NCBI GenBank assembly: GCA_001817065.1
Contig: MHHQ01000016.1
Location: 1 to 54,382 of the forward strand
Source of the DNA: Candidatus Andersenbacteria bacterium RIFCSPHIGHO2_02_FULL_46_16
GTDB taxonomy: Bacteria > Patescibacteriota > Andersenbacteria > UBA10190
Reading direction: 5' to 3'
DNA length: 54,382 nucleotides
A program made the translations under genes and the position numbers. Below are positions 46,761 through 54,382 of the stretch, in pieces. The notes beneath the pieces were generated by a model. That model was not told where the DNA came from. It ran no database searches and saw nothing but the letters and a program-made list of their open reading frames with translations. How positions within the stretch are numbered: position 1 is the stretch's first letter; each line of letters starts with the position of its first letter.

Positions 46761-47319
46761 ATTTGCTTAAGAGGTCTACTTCTATATTAGCTTGGTAATT
46801 GGCTGATACTTGCCCGAACAGGGTGTGCTCCAGGGTGTAGGGCATCAGAGAGACAGTAAAGGTGTCTTGGTTAACGTCGACAAGCGTGAGACTGACACCG
46901 TCCAGAGCGATGGAGCTTTTAGGAATGAGATAACGCAGCAGGTCGGACGGAAGTTGGCAGGTAAATATTTTATCTTGTTTTATTGTTGAGATAACAGTAA
47001 TGGTGGCGAGACCATCGATGTGCCCCATGACAAAGTGCCCGTCTATAGATTGAGTAGGGGTGAGCGGCCGCTCTAGATTGACGGGGCTCTTGGGATGAAG
47101 TTGACCAAGATTGGTGCGCTGGAGAGTTTCCTGCATCAGACGAAAAGTGATTGTTTGGACGGTGTGCTGCAAGACAGTTAAACAAGCGCCGTTGACCGCC
47201 AGGCTATCCCCGGCGTTAACTTTGTCCGCTAAAGGAGTCGCCAGGACGAGGTGTGTGCCACTGGCTGACTCTTGAAGAGATTCAACTAGTCCTTGATGGC
47301 GAATGATGCCGGTAAACAT
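46723..47319 (-). CDS. ribE: Riboflavin synthase alpha chain
   Basis: MFTGII N-terminus, GDSLAVNGACLTV, VNLER, GHFVMGHIDG, SIALDGVSLT, NIEVD. Confidence 0.95.
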   Translation of the reverse strand: MFTGIIRHQGLVESLQESASGTHLVLATPLADKVNAGDSLAVNGACLTVLQHTVQTITFRLMQETLQRTNLGQLHPKSPVNLERPLTPTQSIDGHFVMGHIDGLATITVISTIKQDKIFTCQLPSDLLRYLIPKSSIALDGVSLTLVDVNQDTFTVSLMPYTLEHTLFGQVSANYQANIEVDLLSKYVERFLNYRPSN

Positions 47320-47457
47320 GGCTTAAGGATCATCAATTATCCAGCAAGAAGCAAGGGGGGGAGCGCAAGTTGACCGAAGTGTTTATTAACGTTATGTTGG
47401 GTCGTTGTTCGTTCTTTGGCCAATTTGAGGAAGTTAGTTCTTTTGGGGAGACACGAG

Positions 47458-48267
47458 ATGGAAAGAGAGCTACCGGGTGTATTTGGTGACTTGAGTGATA
47501 TTGAGTGGGTAGAAGGCAAACGAATTGAGTTTGCACCGTCTTCGTACCGGCATAGGCAGGTGGTTGTATGCACGCCTAACCGCCCATTCAAAGCGCGTTT
47601 TGCCAATGGAGAGTTTTCCTACATCGCCTATTGGGAATTGGTACGTGGCGACGGTAGTTGGAACAAGCAAGGAGTGAATGTCGTACCCGTATTGCCAGGC
47701 GAACCGGAACGCTTTCTGATGGTGATTGAACAGCGCGGACCGATGGGTCAGTACGAAGCAGAACTACCGCGTGTGTTAGAGCTGTCGGACGGAAAAACGC
47801 TCGATTTGCGGGTATTTGGCCGATTTAGCTCGTTGGAATTTCCGGGTGGTGGGGTCGAAGAGGGAGAGACGGCGATAATAGCTGGCCTCAAGGAACTGGC
47901 GCAGGAAACAGGCATTCCTGAGCAGCCAGGTACTTTGTTTCTGAACCCTCACCCAGTTTTTCCTTATGTGTGCGACCTAGCGCATGTAAATTACATCGGG
48001 ACAGTGTATCTAAGTTCGGGTGAATTTGCTTCGAAGGTACAGAACGATGGGGGTTTGCACATAGTCGCACTGACCGAGAATGAGATTGAGCGGAACATCC
48101 GTAATGGCGTATTTTGCTCGATGAATGCTGGGCTGGGAATGTGGTATTGGCATCAGAGCTTAGTGCGCCAAGCTCATGAGTGTCAGCGGATATGGGGAGG
48201 AGCACCACCACCAGTTAGTCCAATGCATCTGCTTATCAAGAGAGTTCAGGTACGGATTCCTAGTTGA
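47458..48267 (+). CDS. Divergent Nudix hydrolase
   Basis: LEFPGGGVEEGETAIIAGLKELAQETG; GGGGAG SD; own promoter TTGACC-17-TATGTT at 47370-47398. Confidence 0.75.
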   Translation: MERELPGVFGDLSDIEWVEGKRIEFAPSSYRHRQVVVCTPNRPFKARFANGEFSYIAYWELVRGDGSWNKQGVNVVPVLPGEPERFLMVIEQRGPMGQYEAELPRVLELSDGKTLDLRVFGRFSSLEFPGGGVEEGETAIIAGLKELAQETGIPEQPGTLFLNPHPVFPYVCDLAHVNYIGTVYLSSGEFASKVQNDGGLHIVALTENEIERNIRNGVFCSMNAGLGMWYWHQSLVRQAHECQRIWGGAPPPVSPMHLLIKRVQVRIPS

Positions 48268-48361
48268 GGTTCGGGGATGTGTGGTTGGTTTGTTGACGAT
48301 ACTGCTTAAGACTTAGGCGGTTTGTGTTTCGGGGGGTTTGACAGGGCACAAGAAACGTGTC

Positions 48362-48431
48362 TTGACATATTTTGTGGTTATGTTATCATGCTCTGTTTTG
48401 CCTGATAGAGATGATTCTATCAGGCTTTTTT
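48362..48431 (+). promoter_or_regulatory. Promoter immediately followed by a terminator hairpin
   Basis: TTGACA 48362-67, TGt-TATCAT 48384-89; GCCTGATAGA...TCTATCAGGC followed by TTTTTT at 48400-48431. Confidence 0.5.
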
Positions 48432-48611
48432 GTTGCCCAACTTCGCCTCCTTTAGGCTTCGCTGGGCAGGCCCTTAAAGCCTGATCCAGCGAATAAGTGA
48501 GTTATAGGCAACCCAGGGCTGTTTTAGCAAAATGGGCGTAAAACCCACTTTGTTCCCCAAGGGGATCCCAGCGGGATAAAACGACCACTGTGTTAATCCT
48601 TAAATGCTTTT

Positions 48612-49319
48612 ATGGCCTTATTATTGGCAGCGATATGCATTTTAGGAAACAAACACAAAACAAGAAAAACTATAGCAGAAAGAATCAACTTAATAACCTT
48701 AATGGTCGCCGTGCTGGCTTATTCGTTAGTACCGCAGGTGGGGCTGGCTTTTGAGGTGGACTATACCCAAGCTCCGGCTAAAAAGTTGGTAGCCCAGGTA
48801 CAGATCTTACATAGCGAGGATTTTCAAGATGGTGCCGATGTGGTGCGAGAACCGGAATATACACAAAGAATGGCCGGATCGGTGACAGCCAGCTCTATTA
48901 TTGAAACTAAAGGCGGTGATTGGCGCTCCAGGAAAATGGCTTCAGCAAGTAGCCAGCCGTATACTACGACACGTGTATTGCCGAGCAGTGGCATACCAGT
49001 GGTACTGCAGGGTGAGGCTAGCTATTATAGCCGTGCCGGGTGTTTAGGCTGTAATCCGCTGCGTATAATGGCCAACGGACAGCCTTTGAACGATAATGCC
49101 TTAACGATGGCTATCGGCGCTGACCGAAAGCACTTAGTAGGCTATAGAGCTAAAGTTACCAATGTTAATTCTGGACAATCAGTAGACGTGCTAATAACTG
49201 ACACTGGCGGCTTTTACCAAAGCAAATACGGCAATCGTGTAGCCGATTTAACAATTGCTACAAAACAAGCGATTGGTATAAGTGGGGGACTAGGCCAGGT
49301 CAAAGTAGAAGTTTACTAA
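48612..49319 (+). CDS. Secreted protein with C-terminal RlpA-like double-psi beta-barrel (lytic transglycosylase-like)
   Basis: GEASYY, MANG, V.V.ITDTG, RVADLT, GLGQVKVE. Confidence 0.75.
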   Translation: MALLLAAICILGNKHKTRKTIAERINLITLMVAVLAYSLVPQVGLAFEVDYTQAPAKKLVAQVQILHSEDFQDGADVVREPEYTQRMAGSVTASSIIETKGGDWRSRKMASASSQPYTTTRVLPSSGIPVVLQGEASYYSRAGCLGCNPLRIMANGQPLNDNALTMAIGADRKHLVGYRAKVTNVNSGQSVDVLITDTGGFYQSKYGNRVADLTIATKQAIGISGGLGQVKVEVY

Positions 49320-49363
49320 AGACAAGCGACAACTTAATACTCGAGAAGAAAAAGCAACTGAAG

Positions 49364-49469
49364 GTAAACCCCCACACTGGCCTAAAGGCCAGGGCTTTTC
49401 AGCGGAGCTAATATAAAAACCATTCATCACCGGCCTTAAAGGCCGGCGCTTTCTGGGTGTGGGGGTGAA
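49364..49469 (+). mobile_element. Element B copy 4
   Basis: 2-bp deletion relative to the other copies; sits in the loop of AAAAGC..CTGAAG / CTTCAG...GCTTTTT. Confidence 0.85.
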
Positions 49470-49600
49470 CTTCAGCTGGCTTTTTCGTGGTTATATTGTT
49501 GAGCACTATAATTGTTCTCTAGTCATTGACTGGAGGTCTGTTTTGTGATAATGTTATAAGTGAGCTTGATTCGCAACAATCAAGCTTTTTATAAAACAAC

Positions 49601-50188
49601 ATGTTTAACACTCCTACCCAAACAAAGGGGGGTAGCTGGCTCCAAAGGCTGTGGGCAGTGTCTTGTGACGGAATAGAGTTAATCGTATTGTTTATATTTA
49701 TCGCAGTTAATCTATTCCCGGCACAAACACTGGCTTTTAACAACGAGGTGGGCTTATCGAATTCAGCTTTAGTGTTTGATCTTGATCCGGCACTGGAGGG
49801 CGTGGCGGTAGTAGGAATTGAAGCTTACCCGCAAGCGAAAACATTTGCCCGGGTATTGCAGGAAGAGTCTTTGCAGGTGAGATCTTCACTGACGGCAGGA
49901 AGCAGGGTGCATGTTCTAACGACAGCTTATTCCTCAACCACAGACCAGACAGACGGGAATCCGTTTGTGACAGCGAACGGGGAGAGGGTAGGACCAGGAA
50001 CGATGGCGGCTAACTTTTTGCCAATGGGAACCACGGTGAAGATTGGTGATAATATTTATGTCATTAATGATCGTATGAATGTGCGATACAACAATAAATA
50101 CGTGGTGGATATATGGAAGCCAAATCGGGCAGAAGCCATACAACACGGCGCTAGGATCATGGAGATGGAAGTAGTGACCTTGCCTTAG
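49601..50188 (+). CDS. 3D-domain (MltA-like) secreted protein
   Basis: TAYSSTTDQTDGNPFVTANG, AANFLPMGT, INDRMN, VDIW, A.QHG. Confidence 0.85.
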   Translation: MFNTPTQTKGGSWLQRLWAVSCDGIELIVLFIFIAVNLFPAQTLAFNNEVGLSNSALVFDLDPALEGVAVVGIEAYPQAKTFARVLQEESLQVRSSLTAGSRVHVLTTAYSSTTDQTDGNPFVTANGERVGPGTMAANFLPMGTTVKIGDNIYVINDRMNVRYNNKYVVDIWKPNRAEAIQHGARIMEMEVVTLP

Positions 50189-50323
50189 CTGACCGTCCGG
50201 GGAGCAGGTAGTGAGTCTGGATACAACAATGAAAGTTAATAATATTGACTTATAATACCTTAGTGATTATTATGTTGTTTACCCTTTAGTGGGGCATTTA
50301 ATTAATAGGAGAGAGGAATAGTT

Positions 50324-50893
50324 ATGGATTTATTAAGATATTTTGAAGTAAAACAAATCACCGGCATAGAACGGCCAATCCTTAAACCGGGTGATATTGT
50401 GAAAGTCGAGACAAAGGTGCAAGAAGGTGAAAAGTCACGAGTACAGACTTTTGAGGGGACAATTTTAGGGATTCGCGGCAGTGGTCCTTCGACCAGTTTT
50501 ACTGTGCGCCGCGAGACTGGCGGGTTTGGAGTGGAAAGGGTTTTCCCGCTGTATAGCCCATTAATTAAGAATATTGAAGTAGTGAAGCGGCAGAAGGTAA
50601 GACGGGCAAAATTGTTATATCTCCGACATGTCGGTCGACGCCGTTTTGCCGAGGACGTAAAATCAATGCAGCGCTTGATTAAAGAAGAGGGCGAAAAGAA
50701 GCGATTAGCTGAAGAAAAGATTAAGAGAGAAGCTGAAGCGCAGGCAAAGGAAGAAAGGAAAAAGATAGCCGCGGAGAAAGCGACCGCGGAAGATAAGGAA
50801 GAAAAGAAAGAAGAGAGCGCTGAAGCGGAGAAAACAGATGAGACTTTGAAACCAGCCGTGACTGATAGTATTGAAAAAAGCGACGCAAAGTAA
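50324..50893 (+). CDS. rplS: 50S ribosomal protein L19 with charged C-terminal extension
   Basis: PGD.VKV...V.EGEKSRVQTFEG, FTVRR...G.GVERVFPLYSP, KVRRAKL.YLR. Confidence 0.95.
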   Translation: MDLLRYFEVKQITGIERPILKPGDIVKVETKVQEGEKSRVQTFEGTILGIRGSGPSTSFTVRRETGGFGVERVFPLYSPLIKNIEVVKRQKVRRAKLLYLRHVGRRRFAEDVKSMQRLIKEEGEKKRLAEEKIKREAEAQAKEERKKIAAEKATAEDKEEKKEESAEAEKTDETLKPAVTDSIEKSDAK

Positions 50894-50917
50894 GTACAGG
50901 ATTTAATCGAGATAAAA

Positions 50918-50948
50918 AGATGGCCGCTGTTCAGGCGGCTATTTGTTT
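50918..50948 (+). terminator. Terminator after rplS
   Basis: AGATGGCCGC-tgttcag-GCGGCTATTT followed by GTTT. Confidence 0.6.
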
Positions 50949-50984
50949 GGTATGAATGTAGGCAGGGTCGGAATTATGTAATTT

Positions 50985-51058
50985 GGCGTCGTACCCAAGC
51001 GGCCTAAGGGGAGGGTCTGCAAAACCCTTATACGGCGGTTCGAATCCGCCCGACGCCT
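50985..51058 (+). tRNA. tRNA-Cys(GCA)
   Basis: GGCGTCG/CGACGCC acceptor with U73; AGGGT-CTGCAAA-ACCCT. Confidence 0.95.
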
Positions 51059-51113
51059 CCCAGAAGTTGTATATGAAGGATGCTTTAGTATACTTGCTTT
51101 TGGAAGAGAACTA

Positions 51114-51199
51114 GCCCGGGTGGCGGAATTGGCATACGCGCAACACTTAAAATGTTGTGCCCAAAAGGCTTGCGGGTTCGAGTCCCGCCCCGGGCACCA
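51114..51199 (+). tRNA. tRNA-Leu(TAA)
   Basis: GCCCGGG/CCCGGGC acceptor; CAACA-CTTAAAA-TGTTG; variable arm; encoded CCA. Confidence 0.95.
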
Positions 51200-51244
51200 A
51201 AATCATTATGATTATCGTTTTTATTTTAATCTAACAAAAAAATT

Positions 51245-51628
51245 ATGGAATTTGATTACACTACAACAACAGCAAAAACTTTTGACGAGGCGGTTTTAAG
51301 CGTGCAAGGCGAAATTGCTAAAGCTGGTATGCGAGTTTTACATGTTCATGATGTACAAGAAACTTTAGTCGAGAAGGGTTTTGAACGAGAGCCGTTTAAG
51401 ATTGTTGAATTTTGCAACGCAAAGTTTGCCAATGAGTTTTTGAATAAGGATATTAAAATTGGACTTTGTTTGCCTTGCAAAATAAATGTTTATACTAAAG
51501 ATCGGCAAACTTTCATTTCCGGCATGCGACCAATTGCTCTGTCACAGTTTTTTACACAAGCCGATTTGGGCGAAAGGCCAAAAGAAATCGATCAAATCAT
51601 TCAAAACATTATTAACAACGCCAAATAG
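51245..51628 (+). CDS. DUF302 family protein
   Basis: TFDEAV, HDVQETL, KIVEFCN, IGLCLPCKINVY. Confidence 0.85.
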   Translation: MEFDYTTTTAKTFDEAVLSVQGEIAKAGMRVLHVHDVQETLVEKGFEREPFKIVEFCNAKFANEFLNKDIKIGLCLPCKINVYTKDRQTFISGMRPIALSQFFTQADLGERPKEIDQIIQNIINNAK

Positions 51629-51631
51629 CGT

Positions 51632-52213
51632 ATGAAAAATTTCTTTGATATTATTGCCCCAATATACGAGATAATCCACTTTGGTGCTGAGAAAACCTTT
51701 AGGAAAATAGAGTCAATTGCTTATTTCAAATCGTCAGATAATGTTTTAGACTTGGGTGGCGGAACCGGCAGAATCTCGAGGTTTTTGGCGAATAAGGTGG
51801 AGAAGATTGTTGTCGTTGATTGTTCTCAAAAGATGATTAAGGGTTGCAAGAAACATCCCGGACTTTTGTGTGTGTATGCCCAAGCAGAAGAGTTGCCTTT
51901 TCCAGAACAAAGTTTTAGTAAAATAATAGTGGTTGATGCCTTTCATCATTTTCAAAATCAAAAGCAAGTTGTTAAAGAGATAAAAAAAGTCCTTGTAAAT
52001 AATGGTCAGGTTGTAATTGAAGAATTTAATCCTGTAAAAATGTTTGGTAAATTAATAGTCATTATTGAAAAAATGTTTTGTTTGGGAAGTCATTTGCATT
52101 CTCCGGCTTCTTTGGAGAACTTATTTTCAATGAACGGATTCAAAACGAGAATAGTCAACGAAAATAAAAGTACGTATTATCTGATGGCGGAAAAATCTAC
52201 AAATAGCTTATGA
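51632..52213 (+). CDS. UbiE-like class I SAM methyltransferase
   Basis: FFDIIAPIY, VLDLGGGTG, AEELPFP, DAFHHF. Confidence 0.85.
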   Translation: MKNFFDIIAPIYEIIHFGAEKTFRKIESIAYFKSSDNVLDLGGGTGRISRFLANKVEKIVVVDCSQKMIKGCKKHPGLLCVYAQAEELPFPEQSFSKIIVVDAFHHFQNQKQVVKEIKKVLVNNGQVVIEEFNPVKMFGKLIVIIEKMFCLGSHLHSPASLENLFSMNGFKTRIVNENKSTYYLMAEKSTNSL

Positions 52214-52378
52214 AAAAAACTTTTTTATCACAACTTTCATTTTTATTTTCGGTTTTGGTTTACTCCCCAAATTTTCTTTAGCCCAAGAAATAATGGGTTT
52301 CCCGAGTTCATCTTCCGAGAATGCCACCATACGAAGCCAGCAACAAGAAGAACAGGGCTTAATCAAGGAAATAATTCT
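52210..52378 (+). pseudogene. Frameshifted, deleted remnant of a secreted-protein gene
   Basis: ATGAAAAAAA start, then the shifted frame ITTFIFIFGFGLLPKFSLAQEIMGFPSSSSENATIRSQQQEEQG; a related remnant (CTCCCCAAATTTT) lies at ~54254-54365. Confidence 0.45.
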
Positions 52379-52630
52379 ATGATGAATTTTGGATTTATGC
52401 CTTTTGGTGGATTTGGCTGGATATTTATGATCGTCTTTTGGGGCCTCATCATCTGGGCGATTATTGGCTTAGTAAGAGGCGGTTTTGGAAAGGGTCATAT
52501 GTGTGGACACGATCATGGTGATGACGCGCACGGAAAAGATAAGTCGTCGCTTGAAATCTTAAAGGAACGCTACGCTAAAGGAGTGATTGATAAAAAAGAA
52601 TTTGAGGAGCGGAAAAAAGATTTGGATTAA
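52379..52630 (+). CDS. SHOCT-domain membrane protein
   Basis: TM helix, His-rich linker, LEILKERYAKGVIDKKEFEERKKDL. Confidence 0.88.
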   Translation: MMNFGFMPFGGFGWIFMIVFWGLIIWAIIGLVRGGFGKGHMCGHDHGDDAHGKDKSSLEILKERYAKGVIDKKEFEERKKDLD

Positions 52631-52637
52631 ATAAAAT

Positions 52638-53270
52638 ATGACACAAAAAACTCAACATCAAGATGATTGTTGTGCGGTGGACTTAAATAATGCCGACGGT
52701 AAAACCTTGAAAAAGGTTTTACTTCTGGTTTTGTTTATAAATTTGGGAATGTTTTTTGTTGAGGTAGTGGGTGGTTTAATTGCACATTCAAATGCTCTTC
52801 TCGCCGACTCGTTGGATATGCTCGGAGATGCATTTGTATACGGAATCAGTATCGCGGTATTATTTAAACATCCATCAGTTCGCGCGAAAGCTTCTTTAGT
52901 GAAAGGTATTATAATGCTTTTGCTTGGGTTTTTTGTGGTCGGTGAAAGTATTTTCAAAATCATCAATCCCGTTATTCCGGTTGCCGAAATAATTACTATA
53001 ATCGGATTGCTGGCATTATTAGCAAATGCCGTATCTTTTGTCTTACTTTTGAAACATAAAGCAAAAGACTTAAATGTAAGGTCAGCATGGATTTGTTCCC
53101 GCAATGATGTGTTTGCAAACATTGGGGTAATCATTGCAGGTCTTTTGGTGGCGAGATTTAACTCGATGTGGCCAGATGTTACGGTTGGCTTAATAATAGC
53201 TTTTATTGTTATTCAATCATCATTTCAGATTATCAAAGAATCTTTAGAACATAGCAAGCAACAAAAGTAA
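52638..53270 (+). CDS. Cation diffusion facilitator (CDF) metal transporter lacking a CTD
   Basis: SNALLADSLDMLGDA, NVRSAWICSRND, WPD; N-terminal DCC. Confidence 0.9.
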   Translation: MTQKTQHQDDCCAVDLNNADGKTLKKVLLLVLFINLGMFFVEVVGGLIAHSNALLADSLDMLGDAFVYGISIAVLFKHPSVRAKASLVKGIIMLLLGFFVVGESIFKIINPVIPVAEIITIIGLLALLANAVSFVLLLKHKAKDLNVRSAWICSRNDVFANIGVIIAGLLVARFNSMWPDVTVGLIIAFIVIQSSFQIIKESLEHSKQQK

Positions 53271-53650
53271 CATATTTATAAAATAATTTGTTATCACGGG
53301 AAAATTTGAAATTAAAACGGCGCACCAGTTTTACTGGCCCGAATTTCGCCAAAAGAAATCAGCGGAGCAAGCGGAGGATTCCTCCCCAAACCCCTCCCCC
53401 TCCGCTTGCGCCTTCCAAATTCAAAAAAGATTAGCCGAGTGTTTTGCGAAATCCTTTCCCCAAAAAATTGTTTTCGCAAAACCGAGTCCGCATTGTTCCG
53501 CCACACTGGCCGAAGACTTAGAGGGAAGAACCCCAAAGAAAAATATCCTTTCCACTTTCAAGAAAAATTTCACCCCCGCTAAATCAAAAAAGCAAGAGAC
53601 CTTTTTCTTTGGGGTTGCCGAGGCTCTGCGAGGCAGTGGCGGGGCTGATC

Positions 53651-53710
53651 CATTCGTCCAGTTTCCGCTCAAAAAAAGTTCGCGCAAAGTGTATAATTAC
53701 AGCATCAGTA
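53651..53710 (+). repeat. 60-bp motif shared with 40413..40472
   Basis: CATTYGTYCAGTTTCCGCTCRAAAAARGTTCGCGCAAAGTGTATRATTACAGCAYCAGTA. Confidence 0.75.
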
Positions 53711-53837
53711 TTCAACTTTCAGGAATTTTGGTTGTAGTGCAACGATATGACAAGCGGAAAAAACAAGCAGCAAGTTTATCAGAAATTACGGACTAAACTT
53801 GGATTGGTATAATTGATTTAGCTTTAATTTTTGGCTA

Positions 53838-54230
53838 ATGGCAACGAATTATCGAAAAGTATGGTTAATTTTTGTTTTGTCCCTATTTCTTAACTTTATT
53901 TGGGAAAATGCGCATTCCTACCTTTATACTGATTATAAGGACGGCCGGATAAACGAGACTATTCTTTTGCGTGCCTCTGTGGTTGACGCAATTATAATAA
54001 TTTTCATGACTCTTCCATTTGTATTTATTGAGAGATTAAGGAATGAGAGTTGGATTATTGTCCCGATTGGCGTCTTGATCGCGATAATTATTGAACTGTA
54101 CGCTTTGCGCACGGGAAGGTGGGCGTATAACGAGTATATGCCCTTAATTCCAATTCTCTCTGTTGGCTTAACCCCTACGATTCAACTCGGACTTCTTGGG
54201 TATCTTTCATACCGGCGTATCGTTGAATAA
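53838..54230 (+). CDS. Hypothetical 4-TM membrane protein
   Basis: LNFIWENAH..LY, IIELYAL.TGRWAY...MP...VGLTP..Q pattern; hydrophobic helices. Confidence 0.75.
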   Translation: MATNYRKVWLIFVLSLFLNFIWENAHSYLYTDYKDGRINETILLRASVVDAIIIIFMTLPFVFIERLRNESWIIVPIGVLIAIIIELYALRTGRWAYNEYMPLIPILSVGLTPTIQLGLLGYLSYRRIVE

Positions 54231-54382
54231 AAATGGAGCTAAAATAAAACGGTATGAATAGATGTTTTACCACGATTTTTGTTTTTTAGTCGCGAATTGC
54301 TCCCCAAATTTTTCTTTGGCATAAGCGATAATAGGAAATATCGCAACAGTTACGGATGGCCATACCCCCCCCCCCCCCCCCC

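Noticed and set aside
53312-53687. Two minus-strand ORFs (74 and 88 aa)
   Set aside because: Low-complexity F/K/R/G translations of a non-coding element end containing the 60-bp repeat.
54366-54382. Terminal poly-C run
   Set aside because: At the contig end; most likely a sequencing or assembly artefact.
1-54382. CRISPR array, rRNA, prophage structural genes, integron
   Set aside because: No regularly spaced direct repeats with unique spacers, no rRNA-like stretch, and no capsid, terminase or integrase motifs were seen.

Overview
A 54.4-kb chromosomal fragment of a bacterium using the standard genetic code. It is most likely a Patescibacteria/CPR (Parcubacteria-like) organism, inferred from the VirB2/TrbC-like pilin cluster next to a solute-binding lipoprotein, the short S1 protein, tRNA-linked free-standing nucleases and CPR-style palindromic intergenic repeats. 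From left to right it holds: (1) 1-9.5 kb, a pilin locus including 2- and 4-domain poly-pilins, interrupted by a glycosylation/O-methylation cassette and a shattered glycosyltransferase paralog; (2) 9.5-33.6 kb, housekeeping genes (gyrA, rpsA, P-type ATPase, yraN, nusA, hppA, tig, clpP, rny, nfo, family-4 UDG) with three tRNAs; (3) 33.6-42.2 kb, a tRNA-rich accessory region with two paralogous free-standing LAGLIDADG genes each directly 5' of a tRNA, a TrmB regulator, a mini-transcript encoding only MGGG, a hairpin-saturated four-gene operon containing a divergent AcrIII-1/DUF1874 (cA4 ring nuclease)-like gene, a MITE-disrupted HTH/sigma-region-2-like gene and a GIY-YIG pseudogene; (4) 42.2-51.2 kb, an IS630 element, ribE-riboflavin kinase-ribH, a Nudix enzyme, two cell-wall hydrolase-like genes, rplS and two tRNAs; (5) 51.2-54.4 kb, an AT-rich metal-homeostasis islet after tRNA-Leu(TAA). 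At least five families of non-autonomous repeats are present. No CRISPR array or rRNA was seen. All family assignments come from motif recognition by eye, not from database searches.
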